From positions 1 to 32,507 of IMG/VR virus record IMGVR_UViG_3300014656_000087: 32,507 bases of DNA. One strand, given 5' to 3'. Position numbers and translations under genes: made by a program. The notes beneath the pieces are model-generated. The model saw only the letters and a program-made list of their open reading frames with translations. It was not told the origin of the DNA and did no database searches. Below, one piece after another: positions 9,981-18,291 of the stretch. Every line of letters starts with the position of its first letter. The stretch's first letter is position 1. This stretch comes from a virus. Its lineage: Duplodnaviria > Caudoviricetes.

Positions 9981-10484
9981 TTATGCTGATGTTACCGTTT
10001 CCCAAGCAGCCCCGGTATAAACTACTAGCTTATTTAAGGTAGCATCGTAGGCTATCATACCTTCAACTGGTGTGGCAGGAAGACTGGCAGTAACTACGGG
10101 TAAAAGCACCATTGGAAGTGTAGCTTCAAAATAGGGGTCGGCAGCGCCAACAAGACGAGCAACATTGACTAATCCTACTCCGCTATCTCTAGCTTGAAGG
10201 CTAACTGTAGAATCATCTCCATTTTGCGTTTTAATAAGAGCCGTAGCTCCTGAGCCAATAAAAACAATGCCAGTATTACCCACATAGTAAGCATCAGCAT
10301 ATAAAGCTGCAAACGCATCATCGGCTGCATTTCTTATTTGGAGGGCTGCATAACCAGCGTACTCTTTGATACCAAAGCCGTTAAATAAGAGTAAATAAGT
10401 AGCTCCCATATCAATGTTAGCGGTAACCTCGGATATTACCGCATCTACAATCGCACTTGGTTGTCTCCCTGTATGTATCGTCAT
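9981..10484 (-). CDS. Putative virion fibre/decoration protein
   Basis: Beta-rich Ala/Gly/Thr composition; C-terminal P..EGMIAYDATLNKLVVYTGAAW motif typical of phage fibre proteins; GGAGG RBS. Confidence 0.55.
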   Translation of the reverse strand: MTIHTGRQPSAIVDAVISEVTANIDMGATYLLLFNGFGIKEYAGYAALQIRNAADDAFAALYADAYYVGNTGIVFIGSGATALIKTQNGDDSTVSLQARDSGVGLVNVARLVGAADPYFEATLPMVLLPVVTASLPATPVEGMIAYDATLNKLVVYTGAAWETVTSA

Positions 10485-10493
10485 CTTTACCTC

Positions 10494-10643
10494 CTAACTA
10501 GCCACAACCTTGACCTGCCACAACGGTCTAACCTTTGACGGCGGATTGTCTAGCTTCTCAGCCGTTCTGGCAACCCCTGGCTCAGCTACTATTTTCATAT
10601 GCACGAACTTGCTTGACCTCTTGGCTGGTTCCTGTAATGCCAT
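10494..10643 (-). CDS. Small hypothetical protein (49 aa)
   Basis: MALQEPAKRSSKFVHMKIVAEPG..., preceded by AGGAGG RBS. Confidence 0.6.
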   Translation of the reverse strand: MALQEPAKRSSKFVHMKIVAEPGVARTAEKLDNPPSKVRPLWQVKVVAS

Positions 10644-10664
10644 TGTCTTACCTCCTGAATTAAA

Positions 10665-10880
10665 CTAAGGGTGTCTTATTGTAAAAAAGAAAGGCCTGCC
10701 ATCCGGTGGTGTGACCTCATACTCCAGCTTACAGTTGGGGCACTTGGTCTTCCCTGAAGCCTTGAACTCCTCCTGGAATACCCCTATCTTCACACCATCA
10801 GCGATTATCTCAAACGGCATCGCTGCCTTGATGTCAGCCACCTTCATTTGCTTTAGCTGCGTAATCGGTATCGGTATCAT
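10665..10880 (-). CDS. Small protein with CxxC zinc knuckle
   Basis: KCPNCK motif; ATGA coupling with the upstream gene; GGAGG RBS. Confidence 0.65.
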   Translation of the reverse strand: MIPIPITQLKQMKVADIKAAMPFEIIADGVKIGVFQEEFKASGKTKCPNCKLEYEVTPPDGRPFFFTIRHP

Positions 10881-11065
10881 ACTACCTCCTGCCCATTCAA
10901 CCTTACTCCCTTTATCGGGAAAGTTGCAAGTATTGGTACTGACATCTTTAAATTGGCTCTAGGCCATAAGCACCAGGGACACAACTCATGATGCCTGTTC
11001 TCAACCGCCTTTATCTTCTCGAACTCCCTGGCACAACTGGGGCAACTATATTCGTAGAGGGGCAA
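10877..11065 (-). CDS. FmdB-family zinc-ribbon protein
   Basis: MPLYEYSCPSCAREFE...CPWC matches the FmdB signature MPxYEYxCxxC...CPxC. Confidence 0.75.
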   Translation of the reverse strand: MPLYEYSCPSCAREFEKIKAVENRHHELCPWCLWPRANLKMSVPILATFPIKGVRLNGQEVV

Positions 11066-11417
11066 AGGCTTTCTCCTTTCTTCTTAATCGGTATTGTGCA
11101 CTTTTGCATTTCCCACATTGGCGGCGACGGTTAATAGGCTTTGCATTACCACAAGTAATACACAAAGTAACTGACCGATACCCAAGCCGACCGCAACTGG
11201 GTTGATGTAGCTTGCAGTGTTCACCAAGCGTCATCATCTCCAAGTTTTCCAATCGATTGTCCAATCTATCGCCGTTCTTATGATGTAAAAGATACCCATT
11301 AGGGATTATACCACTCTGCGATTCCCAAACAATGCGATGAACCATCCGCCCATTTAACACCATATACTTTCCATCCCACAGATATGGTTCTGAGTGAGCC
11401 AATCCATTTCTAGCCAT
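11046..11417 (-). CDS. HNH endonuclease
   Basis: HRIVWE...HHKNGDRLDNRLENLE...EH HNH motif plus C-terminal CxxC...CxxC. Confidence 0.85.
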   Translation of the reverse strand: MARNGLAHSEPYLWDGKYMVLNGRMVHRIVWESQSGIIPNGYLLHHKNGDRLDNRLENLEMMTLGEHCKLHQPSCGRLGYRSVTLCITCGNAKPINRRRQCGKCKSAQYRLRRKEKAFAPLRI

Positions 11418-11449
11418 TATTTCTTATCCTTTTCTTCATATAGTGGCAC

Positions 11450-12787
11450 TTACCACCTCCAGACCGGCATTGCCTCTTGTTCCACTACTGTCTCCGGGGT
11501 GAAGTCACTCAGTATGTACCTCGCAGCAGCGAGGAGGTGATACTTTGCCTCATCCTGGATGATATTAGTAGGCTTCCTCTCATTATCCAACTTCCACATA
11601 CAGTTAGCCACCTGAGCTAGTAACACAAACAAGTCATCCATGATAAACAGCTTACTGGATTCCATCAGGCCGATAACCCTATCTACCTGAACGGCAACCC
11701 TTCTCATGTGCTCCTGTGGTTCTTGAATAGGCCAGCCGTGATTAGCGAAGTCATTACGCCAACCCTCTTCTTGATGGCTACCACCCACCCTCTTAGCCAC
11801 TGTGTAGCCGGCTGTCATCTCCTTAAACCTGTCTTTGTGCTGAGGTGTCGAGTAGCCGGCTCCGGGTGCATACTCCCTGAAGGCCACCAGGTCATTGTAT
11901 CGCATATAAGGCGGTGCTCCCTCTGGTAGTGGGAGCTTGGCCTGAGCCAGAAACAATGCCCCGGGGTTAGCAGAACCAAAGTCGTGTCCTGAGAACACAG
12001 GCCAGTTAGTGGGGATAGTGAACCGAGGTATCTTGTTCAATTGCTCGTTAAACTTGCCATAGACCAACCAGGATAGCTCGATATCGTCATCCTGAGCCAT
12101 AATCTCACGGCGGTACGAGTCCATCGACATATCACTGGTGATGAGGGATAACCCCTCCCTACTGATAAATGGATTCTCTAAGCTGGTGAAGTGGATTGTC
12201 TCCCACATCCCAGTCATATCAGCCTGAGCCTTCTTGAACATCTTAGAAGCGTGCCGGGGGTCCCTAGCTTTTGAGACACCTGTTGCTTTGAGCGAGGGGG
12301 GGGTGAAGATAAACACCGCATCGCCATTATTATCAAGCAACATCGGCGCTCCGACTTCGTCCCAGGTATCCTCAGCCATTAACTGAAACTCGTCTAAGTA
12401 AAGGTCATCAGCATAGTCACCACGTAATGTATTGGCGTTCCAAGCCGTCTTTGCCTTGATTCTCTGCTTAGTCCCTGGTAATTCTATAAATTGCTCGGAC
12501 TCATTTTGTTTGAATATACCGGCCCTGACTGGTTCAGCTAATGCTCGTTTGACTTCAAACCAAAAGGTATCGGTCTGCTCGGTGGTAGGGGCGGCGTATA
12601 ACTGGCGGCGGCCTTCAAGGAATCTCTTAACCGCCCTGATTGCAAAGCCCACTGTCTTACCACCCCTGCGGCCAGCCTTCACTACCAGTCGTTTACTGGT
12701 AGATTCAACCATCCTCTTCTGCGCTGGATGTCTGTCCGTACTCCATAAATCGATGGGTAGTCTAGTCTTAGTCTCGGTTGTCAACAA
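11450..12787 (-). CDS. terL: Terminase large subunit
   Basis: Q-motif HPAQ, Walker A AGRRGGKT, LRG...LYLDE Walker B, FTP motif, ENP, and RNase H-like GHDFG nuclease domain. Confidence 0.92.
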   Translation of the reverse strand: MLTTETKTRLPIDLWSTDRHPAQKRMVESTSKRLVVKAGRRGGKTVGFAIRAVKRFLEGRRQLYAAPTTEQTDTFWFEVKRALAEPVRAGIFKQNESEQFIELPGTKQRIKAKTAWNANTLRGDYADDLYLDEFQLMAEDTWDEVGAPMLLDNNGDAVFIFTPPSLKATGVSKARDPRHASKMFKKAQADMTGMWETIHFTSLENPFISREGLSLITSDMSMDSYRREIMAQDDDIELSWLVYGKFNEQLNKIPRFTIPTNWPVFSGHDFGSANPGALFLAQAKLPLPEGAPPYMRYNDLVAFREYAPGAGYSTPQHKDRFKEMTAGYTVAKRVGGSHQEEGWRNDFANHGWPIQEPQEHMRRVAVQVDRVIGLMESSKLFIMDDLFVLLAQVANCMWKLDNERKPTNIIQDEAKYHLLAAARYILSDFTPETVVEQEAMPVWRW

Positions 12788-13173
12788 TCTTCCTCAAGTT
12801 TATCGTGATAGATTATCTCAAGCTCTACCTTGCCATCATTTTGAACAGGCTGAGTCACCTTGCCCTCAAGCCTATCCAATAGTTCCTTGATTAACCCAGG
12901 ATTACCCCTCACCGCACCTATTAAAAGAGCTTGAGCTACCATCTGCCGCCAAGTCTTTCCCTTGCCTTTATCTGCAACATCAAGCCACCGCTCATCGGCA
13001 GGTTCGTTGAGCATCTCTTTGATTATGGCCGTGATACTCTGGCCATTAGAGTTGCCCGACTTCCCCTTCTTAAAGCCGTTTTTCCTGCCCTTTTCTAAAT
13101 TATTGAGGCTATTAGGGTGAAGGCCCCTCTTATCTCCGTGATTATTCAATTGCTGGTTGGAATCCTTTTTCAT
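12781..13173 (-). CDS. terS: Terminase small subunit-like protein (DUF5681-type)
   Basis: NSLNNL...FKKGKSGN...ELLDRLEGKVTQ pattern; immediately upstream of terL. Confidence 0.75.
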   Translation of the reverse strand: MKKDSNQQLNNHGDKRGLHPNSLNNLEKGRKNGFKKGKSGNSNGQSITAIIKEMLNEPADERWLDVADKGKGKTWRQMVAQALLIGAVRGNPGLIKELLDRLEGKVTQPVQNDGKVELEIIYHDKLEEDC

Positions 13174-13399
13174 ACTTCTCTTGACTAATTTCCAGTTATT
13201 ATGGCCGGTATCTTTGGTGTGCTTAAGAGGAGCATAAGCCTCTAGTAGGACTTTTTTTTAATCTTCTGACACTCCAAGCAGAGTAATAAAGGCTGCATTT
13301 GTTCTCTCCAAAGACTTCCCTATTGTCCTTGCGGTCACCCCAAAAATCTCGGCAGGTTTCTTATTATCTATTCCCTTCTCAAAAGCAACATGTCTATTC

Positions 13400-13570
13400 T
13401 TTTACCTTCTCTTATATTAACTTATATTACCTTAACTTAAACGCCCGTGCGTTAGTCGGGATTCCATCAGGAACTTATCAGGGATTCATCATGACCAAAT
13501 CATAGACGAATCAGGATAAGATTCTGATTAAATCAGGGGGGAATCAAGGAGAAGGGGGTATAATCAAGGC
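13400..13570. repeat. Iteron-like 11-bp phased repeats plus AT-rich tract (candidate replication origin)
   Basis: ATCAGG-like cores at 13466, 13477, 13488, 13499, 13510, 13521, 13532 and 13543 (exact 11-bp period). Adjacent cttatattaa cttatattac cttaacttaa tract at 13411-13440. No clean ORF. Confidence 0.7.
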
Positions 13571-13588
13571 TAGAATAGCACAGATGTT

Positions 13589-13858
13589 TCATCCGACACC
13601 CCCTGGGATTACAAAGGACTCGTTATCAATCTTGATGTAGTTGGCACTTGGTTTTGGTTGGCTCCAAGTAATAGTCGGTATAGACAAAAGAGGATGGTCT
13701 ATATCGACATCCATTAAGACTATTATATAATCTATATCGACATCAACGGCGACCATTGGATTTTTAGGGGAAGTGGACCTAGTTTTTACCACTTTTTCGG
13801 CCAAAGTGCCGGGATTATCCTGGATTATGAGGGAAGTGCAGGAATTATGTTTAGTCAT
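13589..13858 (-). CDS. Hypothetical protein (89 aa), possibly a remnant
   Basis: ORF coupled by ATGA to the upstream stub; no recognisable motif. Confidence 0.35.
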   Translation of the reverse strand: MTKHNSCTSLIIQDNPGTLAEKVVKTRSTSPKNPMVAVDVDIDYIIVLMDVDIDHPLLSIPTITWSQPKPSANYIKIDNESFVIPGGVG

Positions 13859-14019
13859 TCGGGCAATCTCCCTACAAGAACGGTATGCCAGAGGAGTGGC
13901 TCATTCAAATATACCTCATTACCACATGCCTTGTGATAGGCAGAAAGTTTCATCAGCGCCAAGTTAGGGAACGGCCTTTGCCTTCTCTGCACATCAAGGT
14001 CTAAAAGCAATATCTTCAT
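13855..14019 (-). pseudogene. N-terminal stub of a phage radical SAM protein
   Basis: MKILLLDLDVQRRQRPFPNLALMKLSAYHKACGNEVYLN matches the 'FPNLALMKLSAYHK.GD.V' start of a common phage radical SAM family. It stops after 54 aa with no CxxxCxxC. Confidence 0.7.
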
Positions 14020-14052
14020 GCTACTTTCCACAATCTATGCACTTTCCTCTCA

Positions 14053-14081
14053 AAGCTATCATTATTTCACCATTTTGTCAA
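14053..14081 (-). promoter_or_regulatory. Leftward sigma70-type promoter
   Basis: TTGACA-N17-TAGCTT with TG extended -10 on the minus strand. Confidence 0.6.
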
Positions 14082-14114
14082 GTCAAACAGGTACTTTCCG
14101 GGCAAAAGAAGGTA

Positions 14115-14143
14115 TTGACAAGGATAGTTCGAGGGTATATAGT
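14115..14143 (+). promoter_or_regulatory. Rightward sigma70-type promoter
   Basis: TTGACA-N17-TATAGT, followed by GGAGG RBS and ATG at 14192. Confidence 0.8.
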
Positions 14144-14191
14144 TAGGAGTATCCCAACAGATACAAGGGACACAATAAAAGGAGGTATCCA

Positions 14192-14380
14192 ATGCCAGCA
14201 ATAACAATTAAATGCAAATGCGGCTGTCCGGACCTGAAGCACATAGCCACAACCCACTTTGATACTTGGATACTAGAGTGTCAGGAGTGTCGGTGCCTCG
14301 CCCATTATGACTTGGCTAGTGGCTACATCCAGTGGTATCAGCCACCCCCCATCACTAGGGTCGAGGAGGTGTCAGTATGA
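14192..14380 (+). CDS. Small zinc-ribbon protein
   Basis: CKCGC...CQEC; strong AAGGAGG RBS; ATGA overlap with the next gene. Confidence 0.7.
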   Translation: MPAITIKCKCGCPDLKHIATTHFDTWILECQECRCLAHYDLASGYIQWYQPPPITRVEEVSV

Positions 14381-15003
14381 AAGACCACCCGATAATATTA
14401 TCAACCGATATGGTCAAGGCTATTCTGGAAGATGGGAAAACTCAGACCAGAAGAATATTGGCAACAACAACTAAGCAATGGAAAGGGCAGCAGCCACTTG
14501 ATATATTACCTATGAATACCCCTGATGAATGGGTAGGTCTTATGAGCAGGAACCCAAATAAGGGACTGGTTTTTAAGTGTAGATATGGTCAAGTAGGCGA
14601 TAGGCTCTATTGCCGAGAAGGGTTTGCTTATAGGGACAAACCAGAAGGTGAATCGCTAGTAGTTTATCGGGCAGACCAAGTGTTAGGACACTATCAATGG
14701 CGACCCTCAATCCACATGCCAAGATGGGCTTCACGGATAACCCTTGAGATTACTGAGGTCAGAGTGGAGAGGGTGCAGGAGATAAGTAGAAATGATGCAA
14801 TCAGTGAGGGCGTATTGTTTATGGGTGGCCTTATAGATTCAGAGCCGTGGTGTGCAAGTGTTGACGACCAAGAGCCGATGAAATATCCACAAGCTGCATT
14901 TGGCAGATTATGGGACTCATACAATGCCAAGCGTGGCTATGGGTGGGTGACTAACCCCTGGGTGTGGGTAATATCATTTAAGGTGGTGAAAGATGGCGAC
15001 TAA
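14377..15003 (+). CDS. ASCH-like phage protein
   Basis: PII..MVKAILE.GKTQTRR, CRYGQVGDRLY.RE, WRPSIHMPRWASRITLEITEVRVERVQEIS and NPWVWVISF signature motifs. Confidence 0.85.
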   Translation: MKDHPIILSTDMVKAILEDGKTQTRRILATTTKQWKGQQPLDILPMNTPDEWVGLMSRNPNKGLVFKCRYGQVGDRLYCREGFAYRDKPEGESLVVYRADQVLGHYQWRPSIHMPRWASRITLEITEVRVERVQEISRNDAISEGVLFMGGLIDSEPWCASVDDQEPMKYPQAAFGRLWDSYNAKRGYGWVTNPWVWVISFKVVKDGD

Positions 15004-15157
15004 CGTCTGGCATCTTAGGGGACTGGACCAGGAACTTATCAACCAGGCAAAGGCGTCAGCGCTGACGCGCCGCCCGAAGAGAGTCACTTACGCCGCCTGG
15101 GTGAATGAGGCGATTACCGAGAAACTAAAGACAGAAAGATTGGGGAGTGAGAGCTGA
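14993..15157 (+). CDS. Ribbon-helix-helix-like DNA-binding protein (54 aa)
   Basis: MATNVWHLRGLDQELINQAKASALTRRPKRVTYAAWVNEAITEKL shows a beta-strand/helix/helix pattern; RBS AGGTGG. Confidence 0.6.
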   Translation: MATNVWHLRGLDQELINQAKASALTRRPKRVTYAAWVNEAITEKLKTERLGSES

Positions 15158-15159
15158 TT

Positions 15160-15336
15160 CTAGGGGCATTGGCGGGGTTTCTGGTATGAGCGTACCTTTG
15201 ACCTCGCCTTTGCCTTGACTTGTTTCAGGTCTGCGGCTCTGGGATAGCCGCAGAGAAAGCATGGTTGCATTATCTTTGTTTGCCATTCCTCGTAGTTGGG
15301 TAGCCGGCTAGAACTCCCACACCTGGGACATATCAT
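15160..15336 (-). CDS. Small zinc-finger protein
   Basis: MICPRCG...PCFLCGY; ATGA coupling with the upstream stub. Confidence 0.6.
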   Translation of the reverse strand: MICPRCGSSSRLPNYEEWQTKIMQPCFLCGYPRAADLKQVKAKARSKVRSYQKPRQCP

Positions 15337-15449
15337 ATCCATCTGTTTTTCCCTGCTAAAATCATCCCAAAGCCTGCACGATAGTAGCCCATCGCAGCAC
15401 CGCAGAATAGGTCTAATAGTTTAGGTCCCTTTCGCAAATCATTAGTCAT
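15333..15449 (-). pseudogene. N-terminal stub of a C5 DNA cytosine methyltransferase
   Basis: MTNDLRKGPKLLDLFCGAAMGYYRAGF|GMILAGKNRWI* carries motif I (LLDLFCGA..MGY.RAGF), then is abruptly truncated. Confidence 0.75.
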
Positions 15450-15453
15450 AGTG

Positions 15454-16263
15454 CTATCTCATCATGTGTTCTTTGCAGTCAAGAACTAGCACCTTGCACC
15501 AAGACTCTCGCTCAAGCCTGCTTCTTACCCGCATATTAGCCAGGTCCCTCCAGTGTTCACGGCGATTATCCTCATACTTAAAGAGGTCATCCAGCGGCCG
15601 GTTGGTAGTAACGATAGTGTGCAGGGCATTATCATACCTGGCATCTATTATCGACTGTATCTGCTCGGCTCCCCATTCGCTTCCCTTCTCCGTCCCCAAA
15701 TCATCAAGAACTAACAGGCCAACTCGCTTATAAAGGGTGAGTATGCTTGAGTAGGAATATTGTGCCTCTTTGTCATAGCCCTCTCTTAATTCCTGGAGCA
15801 TAGCAGGGACATTGACATAGGAGGCGGCATGCCCTTGCTCTAGGTGCCTTCGACAGGCAGCAATAGCCAGATGTGACTTGCCCTTATCGGACTCGCCCAG
15901 TAATGTAAGAAAGACGGTATCAGGAGACCCATCAGAGACCTTAATCGCAGAGGCTAAAGCCTCTTCTAATATCTCGTCACCATACGTCAGGAACTTCTCG
16001 AAAGTCTTATGTTCGGTCTTGGTCGGGAGGTGGCAGAGTCGGATAAACTGGGTCTGTCTGCCCTGCTCATCAGAGTCCTTCTTGCAGAGACACCGCATTA
16101 TGTCACTATAAATGACCCGGCCTTCCCTGAACGGGTGAACCCACCCGAAATCACGGCAGACGTTACAATCAAAGACCTCTTCACTTCGTTCTGACGCTGG
16201 CCTTGAGGCGTTCTGTGCGCTGCTGGGGACTATCTGCGGGAGTATGTTCCCTATCTGCTCCAT
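15454..16263 (-). CDS. DnaC/IstB-like AAA+ helicase loader
   Basis: N-terminal CxxC...CxC zinc site, Walker A GESDKGKS, LLVLDDLG Walker B, IDARY...TIVTTN and RSRL arginine finger. Confidence 0.9.
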   Translation of the reverse strand: MEQIGNILPQIVPSSAQNASRPASERSEEVFDCNVCRDFGWVHPFREGRVIYSDIMRCLCKKDSDEQGRQTQFIRLCHLPTKTEHKTFEKFLTYGDEILEEALASAIKVSDGSPDTVFLTLLGESDKGKSHLAIAACRRHLEQGHAASYVNVPAMLQELREGYDKEAQYSYSSILTLYKRVGLLVLDDLGTEKGSEWGAEQIQSIIDARYDNALHTIVTTNRPLDDLFKYEDNRREHWRDLANMRVRSRLERESWCKVLVLDCKEHMMR

Positions 16264-16966
16264 GTCCTTCTCCTTTGGCTGTTCGGCCTTCTCTTACCCA
16301 TCGTTTCAATATACCCTCAATATACTTGAGACTCCCCTTGTTTTGAGTCTTTGCTTCCTTGACCGCATCCTCAAACCAGCCACCAGGTATCTCACGGTCA
16401 TCTCTAATAATCTTCAGTTCATCTACCAGTAAGGGCGCGAGCGCACCAATGTTTTGCTCATAACACTCAATCATAGCAGCCAACTTCGGGTCATTGTCAG
16501 AAGTCTCCGAGCTCTGCCTGCCAGTGTACTTCCTGATATGGTCTTTAGTCTCACCATCTTTGTGACTTATTTTAATAAGAGAGAAGCCATACTTTTCGTA
16601 TAGCTCCCTCAGTGGTAATGGGTGTTCTGGCTTCTCTCTCTTCCAATAGAGCCCTATCTGCTCATCTTCAAAGCCTGGGCACCAGAGATAGGTGTCACCA
16701 TCGGACGAGAATAGATGAATCAGAGGAGTTTCATCATCCTTCTTTGCCTCAGCCATGAGGCTTAACCACTTCTTCACCTTAGCCTCAGTAGCACCTTCTC
16801 TCCGTGGTAGGACCAAAGCCAATACTAACCTGGCATCAGCATAGAAGACACCATTGACATCGACATGCGCTAGAAGCCAGGTATAGAGTAAGGCACCGTC
16901 ACCGGGCAGGTTGTTGACCCTCTTTGAGTTCGATATTTTCTTGTTTATCATCCTGCCTCTTGCCAT
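16181..16966 (-). CDS. Phage replication initiator with C-terminal DnaD-like domain
   Basis: MARGRMINKKIS...LLYTWLLAHVD..G N-domain and YEQNIG...AVKEA...KYIEGILKRW DnaD domain; adjacent to the DnaC-like gene; AAGGAGG RBS. Confidence 0.85.
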   Translation of the reverse strand: MARGRMINKKISNSKRVNNLPGDGALLYTWLLAHVDVNGVFYADARLVLALVLPRREGATEAKVKKWLSLMAEAKKDDETPLIHLFSSDGDTYLWCPGFEDEQIGLYWKREKPEHPLPLRELYEKYGFSLIKISHKDGETKDHIRKYTGRQSSETSDNDPKLAAMIECYEQNIGALAPLLVDELKIIRDDREIPGGWFEDAVKEAKTQNKGSLKYIEGILKRWVREGRTAKGEGHGADREHTPADSPQQRTERLKASVRTK

Positions 16967-17084
16967 CAATTACCTCCTTCAAATTCCCCCTCACCGACAG
17001 CACCGCCAAGCAGCCAGCTAGAACAAGCACCATGACAACCACCGCGATAACTCTCAGGTTCCTCTTCGTTAGTAGTCTATTCAT
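16899..17084 (-). CDS. Small membrane-anchored protein (paralog of 19620..19853)
   Basis: RLLT-KRNLRVIAVVVMVLVLAGCLAVL: basic stretch plus hydrophobic helix; nucleotide similarity to 19762-19785. Confidence 0.5.
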   Translation of the reverse strand: MNRLLTKRNLRVIAVVVMVLVLAGCLAVLSVRGNLKEVIDGKRQDDKQENIELKEGQQPAR

Positions 17085-17243
17085 TTTTATAGTGTCCTTT
17101 GCAACCCTGGTGTTAAATGCCTTTCTCTAAGGGATAAACCCACCTACCAAGATACACGGCTGTTATTACCTCAACTCTGCTACCTATGCCAAAGCTCATC
17201 TACACAACATCCAAACTAAAACTCTATTGTCCAGAATATAGCC

Positions 17244-17399
17244 TCATCTCAGCTTTCTTAGGCAGTGTCTACAAGTCACCTCATCCATTGTCTCTTTGGT
17301 ATTCTTGCCCTCTATCCACAGCAAGCCACAAACCGAATACCTAAGACTTTTGTGTATTGCGTGGATAATCCTAGCCCTGTCATTTCGCTCTATATTCAT
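17244..17399 (-). CDS. Small zinc-finger protein (51 aa)
   Basis: IIH...SVCG...EVTCRHCLRKL pattern; downstream of a repeat A copy. Confidence 0.6.
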   Translation of the reverse strand: MNIERNDRARIIHAIHKSLRYSVCGLLWIEGKNTKETMDEVTCRHCLRKLR

Positions 17400-17430
17400 T
17401 TTCTTTTCCACACCAACCTCCAAACTAAAA

Positions 17431-18291
17431 TCATATCCTTAACTCCATTACTGACTGAGAACATCTTTTGGCTGCGATTTCGCAGTATTTCTCCTCGATT
17501 TCTATTCCGATGCAGTGGCGGTTGAGTTTCTTAGCACAGTAGGCAGTTGTGCCAGAACCAAGGAAGGGGTCTAGGATTAAGTCGCCAGGGTTACTCCAAG
17601 ATATTATATGGTCGCTTGCCAATGCTTCGGGGAATATAGCAGGATGTTCAAATACAAAAGCATCCTTACTAGATTTCATATATCCAACATCGTAAAACCA
17701 GATATTCGCTAAACTAACATCTTCTTTAGCGTCATAATGCTTTCTGGTTAAACTGCCATCTGCATTTCTATTAGTCACTAACTTGTTTTTCACAAAATTG
17801 TATTTGTTGCGATATTTAATCGGGTTAAATGTTTTGGGTTTTCCCTTACAAAAAACAAACATATACTCAAACTGCTGGTTATATCGTATAGTCTCAGGGT
17901 AGCGAATACCGTCCTTCCCATAAATCATAGTATCTAATAACTTAAATCCCACACTGTTAAATAGCAGAGCCTGTCTAAAAGACTCACCAGATTCACCGCC
18001 ATCTGTTACTTTATCTCCCGCTACCCATACCACGACTCCGCCATCACAAATTAACTTTAATAATTCTTGAGCTGTATTTTGGCAGTCAAATACAAACCCA
18101 CCATAATCCCGCAAATCTTCATAAGGTGGTGAAGTAACCACAAGGTCAACACTATTATCGGGTAATTCAGGTAGTATCTCCCTGCAATCAGCGTGTGCTA
18201 TGGCCACCCACTCATCAGAGTAATACCACTTTACCCCAGCGGGCGGCCACGGCTTTGGGTTGGTTTTCTCTGGCGATAATTCGTAGTCCAT
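17431..18291 (-). CDS. DNA N4-cytosine/N6-adenine methyltransferase (beta class)
   Basis: DLVVTSPPY catalytic motif IV precedes HPAIFP and the ILDPFLGSGTT SAM-binding motif I. Confidence 0.92.
   Translation of the reverse strand: MDYELSPEKTNPKPWPPAGVKWYYSDEWVAIAHADCREILPELPDNSVDLVVTSPPYEDLRDYGGFVFDCQNTAQELLKLICDGGVVVWVAGDKVTDGGESGESFRQALLFNSVGFKLLDTMIYGKDGIRYPETIRYNQQFEYMFVFCKGKPKTFNPIKYRNKYNFVKNKLVTNRNADGSLTRKHYDAKEDVSLANIWFYDVGYMKSSKDAFVFEHPAIFPEALASDHIISWSNPGDLILDPFLGSGTTAYCAKKLNRHCIGIEIEEKYCEIAAKRCSQSVMELRI

Noticed and set aside
101-13505. Numerous plus-strand ORFs in the track (e.g. 101..568, 5961..6530, 8030..8590, 12432..12890)
   Set aside because: They are antisense shadows of well-supported minus-strand genes, Ser/Leu-rich, with no RBS or motifs.
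13698-13744. 14-bp direct repeat tctatatcgacatc (DVDID twice)
   Set aside because: Only two copies inside a doubtful ORF; cannot distinguish an operator from a local duplication.
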